From Glaucostegus cemiculus (lineage: Eukaryota): a stretch of DNA of 64,000 nt. Shown here in pieces: positions 40,078 through 50,820 of this stretch (position 1 is its first letter; each line of letters starts with the position of its first letter). The stretch is taken from assembly GCA_976551045.1 (NCBI GenBank), contig CDPCPM010000213.1, positions 4,030,001 through 4,094,000 on the forward strand. The letters are read 5' to 3'. The notes under the pieces are model-generated. The model worked only from the letters and a program-made list of their open reading frames with translations, searched no databases and had not been told where the DNA came from. The translations under genes were made by a program, and so were the position numbers.

Positions 40078-40960
40078 AATTAACAGCAACCTCACAGTTG
40101 TATAGCACTTCTAAAGTAGAAAAATCCTGAGGCACTCCACAGGAACGTTAAGAAAATTCATCACTGAGTATTAGGCCAAAAGCTAAGAGGTAGGTTATGA
40201 AAGATCATATTGGAAACAGAGAAGTTTTGCAAGTGAATTCCTAAGCTTAAGACAAAAATTGAAATAAAAACTGGAGTTTCTGGAAATCTGAAATGAAAGC
40301 AGAACATGCTGGGAACAACTCAGGTCAGGCAACATCTGCGGAAAGAGAAACAGTTAATGTTTCAGCTCCAAGACCCTTTATCAGAAATGGGAAAGAGAGA
40401 AACGTGTTAGAAAGTGGGAAGGGGGTCACCCTAGATCAACTCATCAGAGAAATTCCCTTTATTCCACCCATCCCACTATTCTGTTACCTCTAACTTGTTT
40501 CTCTCTTTCCCAGTTCTGACAAAGACTTCCTGACCTGAAACATGAACTTGTCTCTTTGCACAAATGCTGCCCAAGTTGCTGAGTGTTTCTACTGTTTTTA
40601 TTCCAGAGCTTAAGACCTAGGCAGCCAAGGACATGGTTGTTAATGGTGGTGGAACCATTCTCTTTATTGAAGTGAAGTAATAATATGTTCTATTGTTCCT
40701 TAAGTTAACACAGGGCAGAATGAGGTAAGATGGTAGACTGGTCCATAACACATTCATGGCTACAATTACAAATGCATGCATGAAGAATTCTGCAGCAGAT
40801 GAGCAAAACCAGGGATAGTCAGCGACAGATGCAGGCGTGATTTAGAGATGGCATCGATTTGCAGTCTGGAACTCTGTTCCAGTCATTTATGATACAAAGG
40901 TGTAAACAGTCTAGTTTAGTTTCAGACAGATGCCAGAGGGAATAATGTAGTCTATGCCTA
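40078..40960 (-). mobile_element. Old L2-like LINE fragment interrupted by a palindromic element
   Basis: Reverse L2-like tail aacagcaacctc...gttgtatagcacttc; ...gaattcc/agagcttaagacctaggcagc continues across the insert. Similar tails at about 9060, 55105 and 60030. Confidence 0.5.
40254..40606. mobile_element. Palindromic Penelope-derived mini-element with 10-bp target-site duplication
   Basis: AGCTTAAGAC at 40244-40253 and 40607-40616; inverted arms, each with a degenerate CTGANNA...GAAA core. Confidence 0.8.
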
Positions 40961-41369
40961 ACAAATGAACTTATATAAATTTATGAAGGGATAGATTTAG
41001 AGAGAAGTGCAATAAATTCATAGAGAGAATGATGGATCAGAGGTGTGAGCTAAAATAACCAAGAACGAGAAGCTGCTTTAGAGGATAGCTAAGAAATTAG
41101 AACTGCATGTGGCAAGACGTCCAAAAAGAATCATTTACAATGAAGGCAGGAGGAAAGTGTATAATAGGCCCAGGTCACCAAAGTCTTCTAGACCAAAATT
41201 TACTCAATGCTATCTTCCAAAACCACCTGCAATACTACATGAGGAGAGCCGCTTTCCACCAGTCTTGGTGCAATCATTAGTTTGCATTGCACAGCAACAT
41301 TTGGACAAAGTAAGCAGAGGAAAGGCAATCAAAAATGCAGTAGGATGATTAGCTGAAGTTTGTATGAGA

Positions 41370-41900
41370 TAACAGTTCTACTATAAATGGACTCATGAGG
41401 ACTTCACTGCAGAATTATTTAGGTGACTGATGGGTATCCACAATGAAGTACTTGATACATGAGGAGACCAGAGCACCAATATTTGTCAAGCATCATGGAG
41501 GACACTGACATCAACTTGGAACAGGCTTTGTCAAGAGCTTGAAACCCATCTAATCCCATAAGTGGTAGATAACTCCATTTAATACTTGAGGATCTAATCA
41601 CAGTTCAGGATCTGACAGTGGATTTCAAGCAGCATATGGAAGTGGACTACTTCATTAACTGACGATTTGCTGCCTGCCACACCTCCCATCAATTATAATA
41701 CCTTACTGGCAGCCATATATCAGATGAAGAGCAAGATCTGAAGGAAGGGGACACCAATTGGATAACCCTACACTGTGGAGTGCAGCAAAGGAAGCTCAGA
41801 ATGCAACAACATAATTTTAGACCTTTGCCATCATGGCTGCGATTAACAGTATATGTGTCAGCCAGCAAGGCAAACAAAGAAATTTGCTTCTCACTATCAA
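41370..41900 (+). mobile_element. Very decayed LINE endonuclease-region fragment
   Basis: Weak similarity to the 5' part of CR1/L2-group ORF2. Confidence 0.35.
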
Positions 41901-41970
41901 ATGTAGTAGGACTCTCCCAGAGTGATTAATATATTAAAAGATGTGGTCAAACAAGGGCTTTATACTTTAC

Positions 41971-42920
41971 CTCCTACACACTCATGACTGCAGGGCCAGA
42001 CAGATTCAGCTCCAATTCCATTGACAAGTTTTCAGATGATACCACCTTATTTGGCTGAAGCTTAAATAACAACAAGTCAGAGTACAGGAGGAGGAAGGTA
42101 GAGAGCCTCGTGGCATGGTGTCATGGCAACAACCTTTCCCTCAATGTCAGCAAAACAAAAGAGCTGGTCATTGACTTCAGGAGGTCGGGTGGGGGGGGGG
42201 GGGTGGGGAGGTATGCACACACTCCTGTTTACATCAATGGTGCTGAGGTCAAGAGGCTTGAGGACTTCAAGTTCCTCAGAGTTAACATCACCGGCAGCCT
42301 GTCCTGGTCCAACCAAGTCAAAGCCATGGTCAAGAAAGTGCATCAGTGCCTCTACTTCCTCTGGAGGCTAAAGAAATTTGGCATGTCCCCTCTGACCCTC
42401 ATCAATGTTTATAGATGCACCCTAGAAAGCATCCTATCCAGATGCATCACAGCTTGGTACGGCAACTGCTCTGTCCGAGACTGCAAGAAACTGCAGAGTT
42501 GTGGATACAACTCAGCACATCACGAAACCTGCTTCATGGGCTCTGTCTACACTTCTCACTGTCTCAGTAAAGCAGCCAATGTAATCAAAGACTCCACTCA
42601 TCCCAGACATTCTCTCTTCTTCCTCCTCCCATTTGGCAGAAGATACAAAAGCCTGAAAGCACGTACCACCAGGCTCAAGGACATCTTCTATCCTGCTGTT
42701 ATAAGATTATTGAACATTCCCCCAGTATGATAAAGTAGACTCTTGACCTCACAATCTACCCCATTATGGTCTTGCACCTTATTGTCTACCTGCACTGCTG
42801 GAATACTTTATTCTGTATTTCATTATTGTTTTCCTTTGCTATACTTCAATGCACTATTGTAATGACATTATCTGTATGCATGGTATGCAAAACAAAGTTT
42901 TCCACTGTACCAGTGATAAG
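41971..42920 (+). mobile_element. Rex1/Babar-clade LINE 3' portion (young)
   Basis: KFSDD at about 42026-42040; ORF 42110..42730 WCHGNNLSLNVSKTKELVIDFRR...LYFLWRLKKFGMS...YRCTLESILSRCITAWYGNC (DUF1891-type RT C-terminus). Confidence 0.9.
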
Positions 42921-44540
42921 ACCATGGTGTAACTTTGATTCCATTGTGCCCTCTTCTAGATATGGACCAACAATCCTTTTTTTTAAAAAAAAAAGTTTCT
43001 CTCCCTATCCAAAGTAAGACTACAGGCAACTCCCACATTGGGCTATGGAAATTCACCCTTGCAGAATTCACAAATCACTTCCCAAAAATTTGAAATTTGA
43101 GGGGAAAAAAGGTAAATAAATAAACAATTTTCCCCCAACTTGCATTTCTTGATAATGCACAGATGACACAGCTTTGTGGTATGGAAAATCATAATACGGA
43201 TCATTTTCCAGAAACGCAAACCACCCCACCCCCCCAACCCCCACAGTAACACAGGGGTCATCTATATAGTCTTTTAATGCCTACGACACCACCCCCTGTT
43301 GACTTCTGTCACCTCAGCCAACTCTAGAAAATACCAAACACTTGCAGAATCATAGCATCAGTCAAAAGAAGAAACCTGCAATTAACCACTAAACAGCTGA
43401 TACCCCTTGAAATAGAACTGAAGATGGGAGCTTCCCAAAGCTTGATATACTTCCACATGTGTTCAAGAGATCTTATTGCTGAAGCAGATAACATCAAAAT
43501 GGGTGAGTTTGCTAAATGGCATTATGACCTGACAATTCTTCATACTTCAGTAAATGCTTGGTGCACTCATACTGATGTCAATATGATGTCATGACTTACA
43601 GCTGACAAGAGTATGCAAAATAATTACAGATGCCATTTTGAACTTCTCATAGCCCTTGTGCTCTCCAAAAAGTGACAGCACCAAATTCCAATTTTGCCAC
43701 ATTGAATTAAAACCCCAACCTGCAAATCAGTTTATTGATTATAATCCAATTTGCAACCTTTTTTAAACCTGTCATCTTCTGTACCCTCCAACATGTATAA
43801 TAATACTGGAAAATGGATTGCAAAGCTCAACCATTGAGCCACTCACACACTAGTCTCACACAAGTCTCCTCTGACTCACCACCAATGCCGTTTCTTTACA
43901 ACTTCTGGGAATATCTCAACAACTTCTTAATATCAGTCATGTTTCCAATCTCCCTCCACTTCAAACATGAATCTGGCCTCCATGATTCCCAGCCACTTTT
44001 GAAATGTATCAACCGTCACTTTCACAAAGTTTAAATTATTTTGTGTTTAAAATAATTGAAAGGATTGCACAAAATATTACTGCAGATTTCATAAAGGAAT
44101 CCATAGTTAAGAACACAGGATAATAAGAATGATGAAAAGCAATTCAACAGGTCAGAATTACTCAATTACTCAGGACCCTTTGAATGGAAGGTATTCATCA
44201 CCATGGTTAAAAAGGAGAACAATTCTGATTGTGAATCTCATGAGATCGAAATAAAGATTAGGGAAATAAAGAAAGGGAATTGAAAAATTTGGCAGGTAAA
44301 ATAAAGGGAAGCCCAAAGCTGTTCCATAAATACATAAAAGCTACAAGGTCTAGATGAAATGCACTCCAAGAATTTAAAAGTATAGAAAGCATGGGAGGAA
44401 GTAACAAAGGTTATAATTTTCCAATCTTCCCCCTCCACTAGTATAGAGCAAGAGGACTAGAATGTTAACAAGATGCAATTAGATAAAAATCTGAAAAGGT
44501 ATTGACTGAATACTTAAAGGCCATCAGTTAATCAAATAAA

Positions 44541-44815
44541 CAGGCAGCCCCTACATTACACATGGGTTCTGTTCCAGAGAACTGTCCATAGGCCAATTTC
44601 TCCAAGTCAGAAACAACTTTTTCAAAAACTATCCACATTCTATCAAATTCACATAAACTTGCTACAGTTCTTGCATTTCACTGAATAATCACCCTAACAC
44701 TACCCATAAACTAATGTAACAAATATGGTTTCTACTTATTAATGATTATTAAACATTTTAATATTATTGGGTTGAAAAATGCACAGGAGATTTCTGACTT
44801 AACTAATTAGTACCT
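44541..44815. mobile_element. Possible Tigger/pogo-like DNA transposon remnant
   Basis: Begins caggcagcccctacattacacatgggttctgttcc, resembling recalled Tigger termini; related gggttctgttcc at about 21478. Confidence 0.35.
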
Positions 44816-45089
44816 TTCTAAATAATGATTAATTAAGGATTAACCAAGGAGAATCAGCTTGGATACATTAAGAGAATGTCTTGATTTTTGTTTGAGGAAC
44901 AAGGAGTTGATATTTGTGTTGTGTGGAACTTAAAAGTTTGGATAAAGTTTCAGTTAAACTGAATGGTCAAAAATATTCCAAACAATCTACTAAAATTAAC
45001 ATTAGATACAAAATTAGCAATGGAAAATGGTAAAATGCTTTAGTGAGTGGGTGGCTGTTTGAGTTATAGTTCCACAGGACTCAACAGAG

Positions 45090-46070
45090 AGGGATGAGGT
45101 CCTGCGGAGTGAACATAGGCAGCTAGGGAACAATTTAAACAGCAGGACAGAGGGTAGTAATCTCTGGATTACTTCCAGTACCACGTGTTAGTGAGGGTAA
45201 GAATAGGAGAATAACGCAAATGAATGTATGGCTGAAAAACTGATGTAGGGGGCAGGGATTCAAAATTTTAGTCCATGAGGGTGCTACAAGTGTGAGTTTA
45301 AACTCGCTTGGTAGGGGGGTGGGATCCCAAGCACCAAGGAGGCAAGTGAAAGGCTAGAAAGTGATGCTGAAGTGAGTGATAGCAAGTAGAATAGACACAA
45401 CAGGCAGGAGAATGGCAGTGGGTGAGGAAAGCCTATGGATTAAATCCCATTTATTTCAATGCAAGAGGTTTGACAGGTAAGACTGATGAACTTTGGGCTT
45501 GGATAGCTACATGGGACTGGGATATTAAGACCAATGAGGAAATATGGCTAAGGGAGGGACAGGACCGGCAGCTTAATGCTCCAGGGTGCAGGTAGAGGAA
45601 GGAGAGCAGGGGGAGTTACATTTCTGATTAAGGTGAATGTCATAGCAGTAGTCAGAGATGAAAGTACTGAAGAATCATCCAGTGAGGCTTTATGTGTGGA
45701 GCTGAGAAAAAAGAATGGTATGATCACATTGTTGGGATTTTACTATAGGCCCCCAAACACTCAATGGGAAGAACAAATATGCACAGAGATTGCGGAGGGT
45801 TGCAAGAATAATAGTTGTCATAATAGGGGATTTTAACTTAAGGGGGACATTTTTCCACACAGATGGTGGTGGAGATATGGAACGAGTTGCCTAAGGGAGT
45901 GGTAGAGGCAGGTACAATTACATTTAAAAGACATTTAGACAGGTTCACGGATAGGAAAGGTTGTGAGGGATAAGGGCCAACTGCAAGCAAGTGGGACGAG
46001 CTCCGGAAGGCACCTTGGTCGGCATGGATGAGTTGGACTAAAGGACCTGTTTCCGTGCTGTACAACTCGA
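45090..46070 (+). mobile_element. CR1 with ORF1 esterase end and ORF2 endonuclease joined directly to the 3' tail (RT missing)
   Basis: RVVISGLLPVPRVSEGKNRRITQMNVWL (ORF1); YFNARGL..K.DEL, LLGFYYRPPN and IGDFN (APE); then directly FFHT.MVVEIWNELP-like C-terminus and CR1 tail. Confidence 0.85.
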
Positions 46071-46701
46071 ATTGGGAAGATTGAATAGGCTAGAAATTTA
46101 TTTTTTTCTTCAGGAACAGAGAGACCAGAAAAACCAGAGAGACCAGAGAGAGAACAGAAAGATTTAAAATGTATACAACATTATGAGTGGCCTAAGTAGA
46201 GTGAACAGCAAGTATTCATTTCCATCAGTAACAAAGCCGATGACCGGGAACATAGACTGTAGGTGGCTAATACAAAGATTACAATGGGATTGTGGAGAAA
46301 ACTTTCGTCCGCCCAGAGGGTGATGGGACCTAAAACTGAAGAGGTGCTGGGAGGTAAAAACCCACATAGTATGTGAAAAGTACTTGGATAAGCACTCAAA
46401 ATGCCTCAACACATAAGGCTACAAACAAAAAGCTGCAAATGGGATTTCTCCAAACAGTTCTTAAGTCTGGCACCTTCAGATATATTGATATATCCTGGAG
46501 AGGCTCTGGAGTAATAGTGCATTAAGGATGAAGATAATCCAGAGAATGTATTGCAGGATGCACTGTGGCTGCAATCAAACAAATAAGAATAAAACAAAGC
46601 AACGGGAATCTTATCAACCTGGATAGTTCAGGAAACTGAAATAAGATCAGACAATAAAATATAATATTTAAGGAAATACTTTCCCTTAAATAAACTAAAA
46701 C

Positions 46702-46933
46702 TTTTTTTTTAAAAATTACAGCACGGTAACAGACTCTTCTGGCTCAACGAGTCCGTGCCGCCCATTTAAACCCATGCTGACCTACATGTATGTCTTTGGA
46801 ATGTGGGAAGAAACCAGAGCACCCAAATGAAACCCATACCAACACAGGGAGAACATACAAACTCTTTAGAATTGAACCCCGCCTGCTGGCACTGTAATAG
46901 GGTCATGCTAACTGCTACGCTACCATGCCGTCC
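46702..46933 (-). mobile_element. V-SINE with CR1-type tail
   Basis: gtgggaagaaaccagagcacccaaatgaaaccca, reverse B-box attgaacccc, ...ctgctacgctaccatgccgtcc. Confidence 0.8.
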
Positions 46934-47698
46934 TAGTATATCTCCATCAAAAATAAATGGAGATCGAGGCTTAAAGTCAACACTTACTTAGCAGGAGTGG
47001 TAGCAGAAGTGGACCAGGTAAGAATCCAAACTGGAACAAGAATAAATTGAATCCAAGGCACAAGGCTACACTAACATGGGGAGGAGCATACTCCACGAAT
47101 TCAAACATGAAGGGGAAACAATTAAAAGGAGACCAGGAAGGTGAATTGTTTATGAATATTAGTTTTGGTTTGCTTTCCAAGTTGGGGCAGTGGGTTAATA
47201 ACTACAAAATTCAATGGTAGTTGCTATATTAAACTAAAAATATAAACTATATTATCCTTTTAATTCACAATACAACTATTTAAATAAGGGAGTTGAATAA
47301 CTAATAAAGCAAGCTTTGAAGAGTCAGGGTGGGGTAGGATTGCTAACATGAGTGAGCTTGTAAATTTTAGGCAACACTGATAGATGCACGACAAGACATT
47401 TCAGCTTCTTTGAATGCACATTCTGTGCCGGATGGGAAATCCATATCAAGGTCAAACATCCTTGAAAAGTACCATCAACTGGAAGATTTCTAGCTTTGCA
47501 GCCATCACTGCAGTGAGACAGTCACATAGATAACACTTGTTAGGAAGTGTTTTTTAATGCAAGGTGTGAATGGACAGATAAGGAGGACTAGGTAGGAGGA
47601 CTGAGAGTTTCTGGAAGTACACATTACTCTATAGCAGGTATTCAGCTCTGAATATAAAGGTCATTTATTTCAAAGAGGAATACAAATCAGAGCCAAAT

Positions 47699-47850
47699 AA
47701 AAACAAAATATGCTGGAAACACGCAACAAATCAGGTAGCATCTGTGGAATGGAAAGCAGAGTTAATTTCACAGATGCTACCTGATCTGCTGAGTATTTCT
47801 AGCATTTTTTGTTTTATTTCAGAGTTTCAGAATCTGTTTTTGTCTTACAG
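47699..47850. mobile_element. Minimal palindromic Penelope-derived element forming a long hairpin
   Basis: Arms share a perfect ATCAGGTAGCATCTGTG inverted pair; flanked by TCAGAGCCAAAT (47687-47698) and TCAGAACCAAAT (47851-47862). Confidence 0.8.
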
Positions 47851-48439
47851 TCAGAACCAAATCTGATTCAAGAAATATACAGAAAAATTTGAGGTGAAAC
47901 AAAGTATTCATTAAGGAGAATACGACACTGTTGGAAAGAAGTGTCCTACTGGGTTGAGTCTATAGTCTTCCAATTAGTGGAAAGGATCAAGAAGAGAAAC
48001 TATACAGGGAACTTATTAAAAGTTATGGGAACCAATTAAGTAGGAAGAAACAAGACTTCAATTATTCTAGTACAGACTTGGGTAGGAACTGCATTAAGAA
48101 TTTCTAAGATAACAATCAAACAATTAAATAAGGGACTTGAAGAATTTAAGGATGAGTTGTTTTGGGTCATCTTGAAATATTTCCATTAGAGGGAGAGAAG
48201 ATAACTAAATCAGAGTTTTTGATGGCTAAAGTGGAAAATAGTTGATAAGGCAAATGTCAGGTTAGTTTAATAAGAGAATTGTTCAGAAAATTAAAAAATA
48301 CTGGCACTGATTTAGTGAGTACAGTGGGCTCATTCTATATTGCAGTAATTCTACATTTGTTCATCAAACCCATCAAAATTCTACAATAGCCTTCACTGTT
48401 GTTCCAAGAAAAGCCACAATTTATGAAATTAACACTTTC

Positions 48440-48660
48440 ACTAAGTGTCATCCTGGTTTTATCCCATCACAGGCATCCCCTCTCCCACCCTACCTGCAGC
48501 TTTACACTTATTTTGTCTCCTTTTCAGTTCTGACAAAGTGTCTCTGACCTGAAGCAATGAATGTTTCTCCTTCCAAAGATGTGGCTGGACCTGTTGAGTA
48601 TTTCCATCATTTTCTGTTTTTTAAATTTTCAGCATCTGCAGCTTTAATTTTTCACTTTCA
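48440..48660. mobile_element. Penelope-like terminal repeat
   Basis: cagttctgacaaagtgtctctgacctgaagc...gacctgttgagtatttccatcattttctg. Confidence 0.65.
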
Positions 48661-49474
48661 GTAAGTGCTCATCTTGAAATCAAAGCTGACAATAATTGAT
48701 CTGCTTATCAAGGAGGAAACAAAAGATACTGGTATTTTCTTCATGAGAACGAACATACATGATCACTGTAACCAGGAACATTTTATTTCTTCAACAGTAA
48801 ACTCTGCTGCATCAGTGAATATTTATGTTCTTCTGCTTAGAAGGGAGATCAAGCAGAGCTTCAGTCAGCTAGGCAAGTGTAAAGGCATGGAAACTATTTT
48901 TGGGGAACATGATTATTCTAATGGCATGGAACTGTTTGGACTAAAATAGAAAAAGATGAGAGAAACACAAATTTATGCAGAAGATCTGTAGGTGGCTGTA
49001 CTGCTTCAAAATTGAAGGACATTAATATGTGTTCTAACAGGGAACAAACAGAGGAGTTCAGTGAGCACTTCGCTCTCATTCAATCATAAGCCTTACACTC
49101 GAACTGGAGGACTTAAATTCAAATATAATGGTCCATGCCTTTTTCATTTTTCACACATACTCTAAGTGTACACATAAGACATCAAATTTGGTTTTGGTTT
49201 ATTTTTTTAATGGCTGACATCAGTATGAATACAATATCCTGGCCCAAATACAAACTCATTCAAACACAATCAACCTAGTTTAATCAATTCAACCTGTAAT
49301 TGAACTCCTAAATCAACCCGCTTATGCTGTATAGTAAAACAATGTGGGCTGCCAAGGAGAACTAGTAAAGACCCAGACATTTCAAGGACATGAAAAACAT
49401 TAAAGACCTACATCTATGAATATAACAATCAGGAAGAATTGAGTTTATGGAAAGCAAGGATTCTGACTAGATAA

Positions 49475-49580
49475 AAACTTAAAATATTGGAAACACTCCA
49501 CAGGTCAGGCAGCATTTGTGGAAAGAGAAACAGTTAACACTTCATGTCCAAAAGTTCCTTCTTCATAACTGAGAATGACA
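49475..49580. mobile_element. Penelope-like terminal repeat (opposite orientation to 48440-48660)
   Basis: caggtcaggcagcatttgtggaaagagaaacagttaac. Confidence 0.65.
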
Positions 49581-50820
49581 GAAAAGCATTCTTGAATTCA
49601 GTTCGCACAAATAGATTTATAGTGGCACCCGGTGGGTGGGGGTGCAGGGGAAGAGGGGAAATCAAAGGATTAGTTCTTGGTAAAAATGCAGTACTTCCAT
49701 TGAGAGATCCCTTTTCTTATTATAACACATAAAGGTTCCCTTCTTGTGATACTTCTAATTAGAACAAGTCCAGCTTGTCATCATAATTACACTTTAAGGG
49801 ATTGACATTAAGCAGAAGCTTGTATAGCTGACTATCCACAGTTAAGTCTATAACATGCAAGTAAATAGATATTAGCAACAGAATTGTAGTAATTGCCAAT
49901 AAACAGTAAGTTTTCAGGTGTCTATATTATATTTTAAGTGTTATGTTACGTTGTGCATTCTGCTTTAAGTACTGAAGACTTTAAAAACTCAATCTTGGGA
50001 TATGGATATTACTGGTATTGCTACCATTTCTTGCCTGTCTTTGGCTTTGGTGAGGATACTTCTTGAACTGCTGCAATCCATGTGTAAGATAAAATTCCAG
50101 GATTTTGAATCAGCAATGACGACTGAACTACTAAGTATGCCCAAGCCAGGATGATGCACATTTGAGGGAAAGATAGTGATGTTCTCATACACCTGCTGCC
50201 CTTATTCCCCTTGGATATTCTGATTTATGAAGTGGTATCAAAAGGGCATAAGTGCGTTGTTGCAGTGCGCTTTGTAAATGATACAAGCTTAGGCAATTAT
50301 GCACGTACAATGGATGGAATGAATATTTAAGATGGTGGCTGGATGCCAATCAACATTTTTGCTTCTAAAGCTGTATTCATCCAAGCCAGTGAAGAGTATT
50401 TCTGTTCAATTCTGACTTGAGTCTTGTGGATTGCAAAAAAGGACTTGAAGATTTCAGAAGTCAGAGAATACTTTGATCTGCTCTTGGATCCACTGTATTT
50501 ATGTTTCTAGTCAATGGTAACTTCAAGAATGCTGATGGTGGGTTATTGAATGGCAATAATGAGGCAAGTGCATAGATAATCTAAGGCTGCTACTATTCAA
50601 AATGGTTTAAATATTACCAGTCACATTTGTCTTCCTACAGCAAGTTTATTTTATTATCTGAGGAGTTGAGAAAGAATTGAACATTCTGTGATCATTTGTA
50701 AATCTTACATGGAGGAAAACAGAAAAATGACATTCCAAAGATGGCACTGCCCTAAGGAATACTGACAGTAATGTCCTGGGGCTAAGATACTGACCTCCAA
50801 TAGTACCAAAGATTTTGTTT

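Larger units (their letters stand above)
44090..46520 (+). mobile_element. Old CR1 remnant hosting later insertions
   Basis: Degenerate CR1 ORF2 (..EIKIREIKKGN.KNLAGKIKGSPKLFHKYIK) and a 3' part at 46075-46520. Confidence 0.5.
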
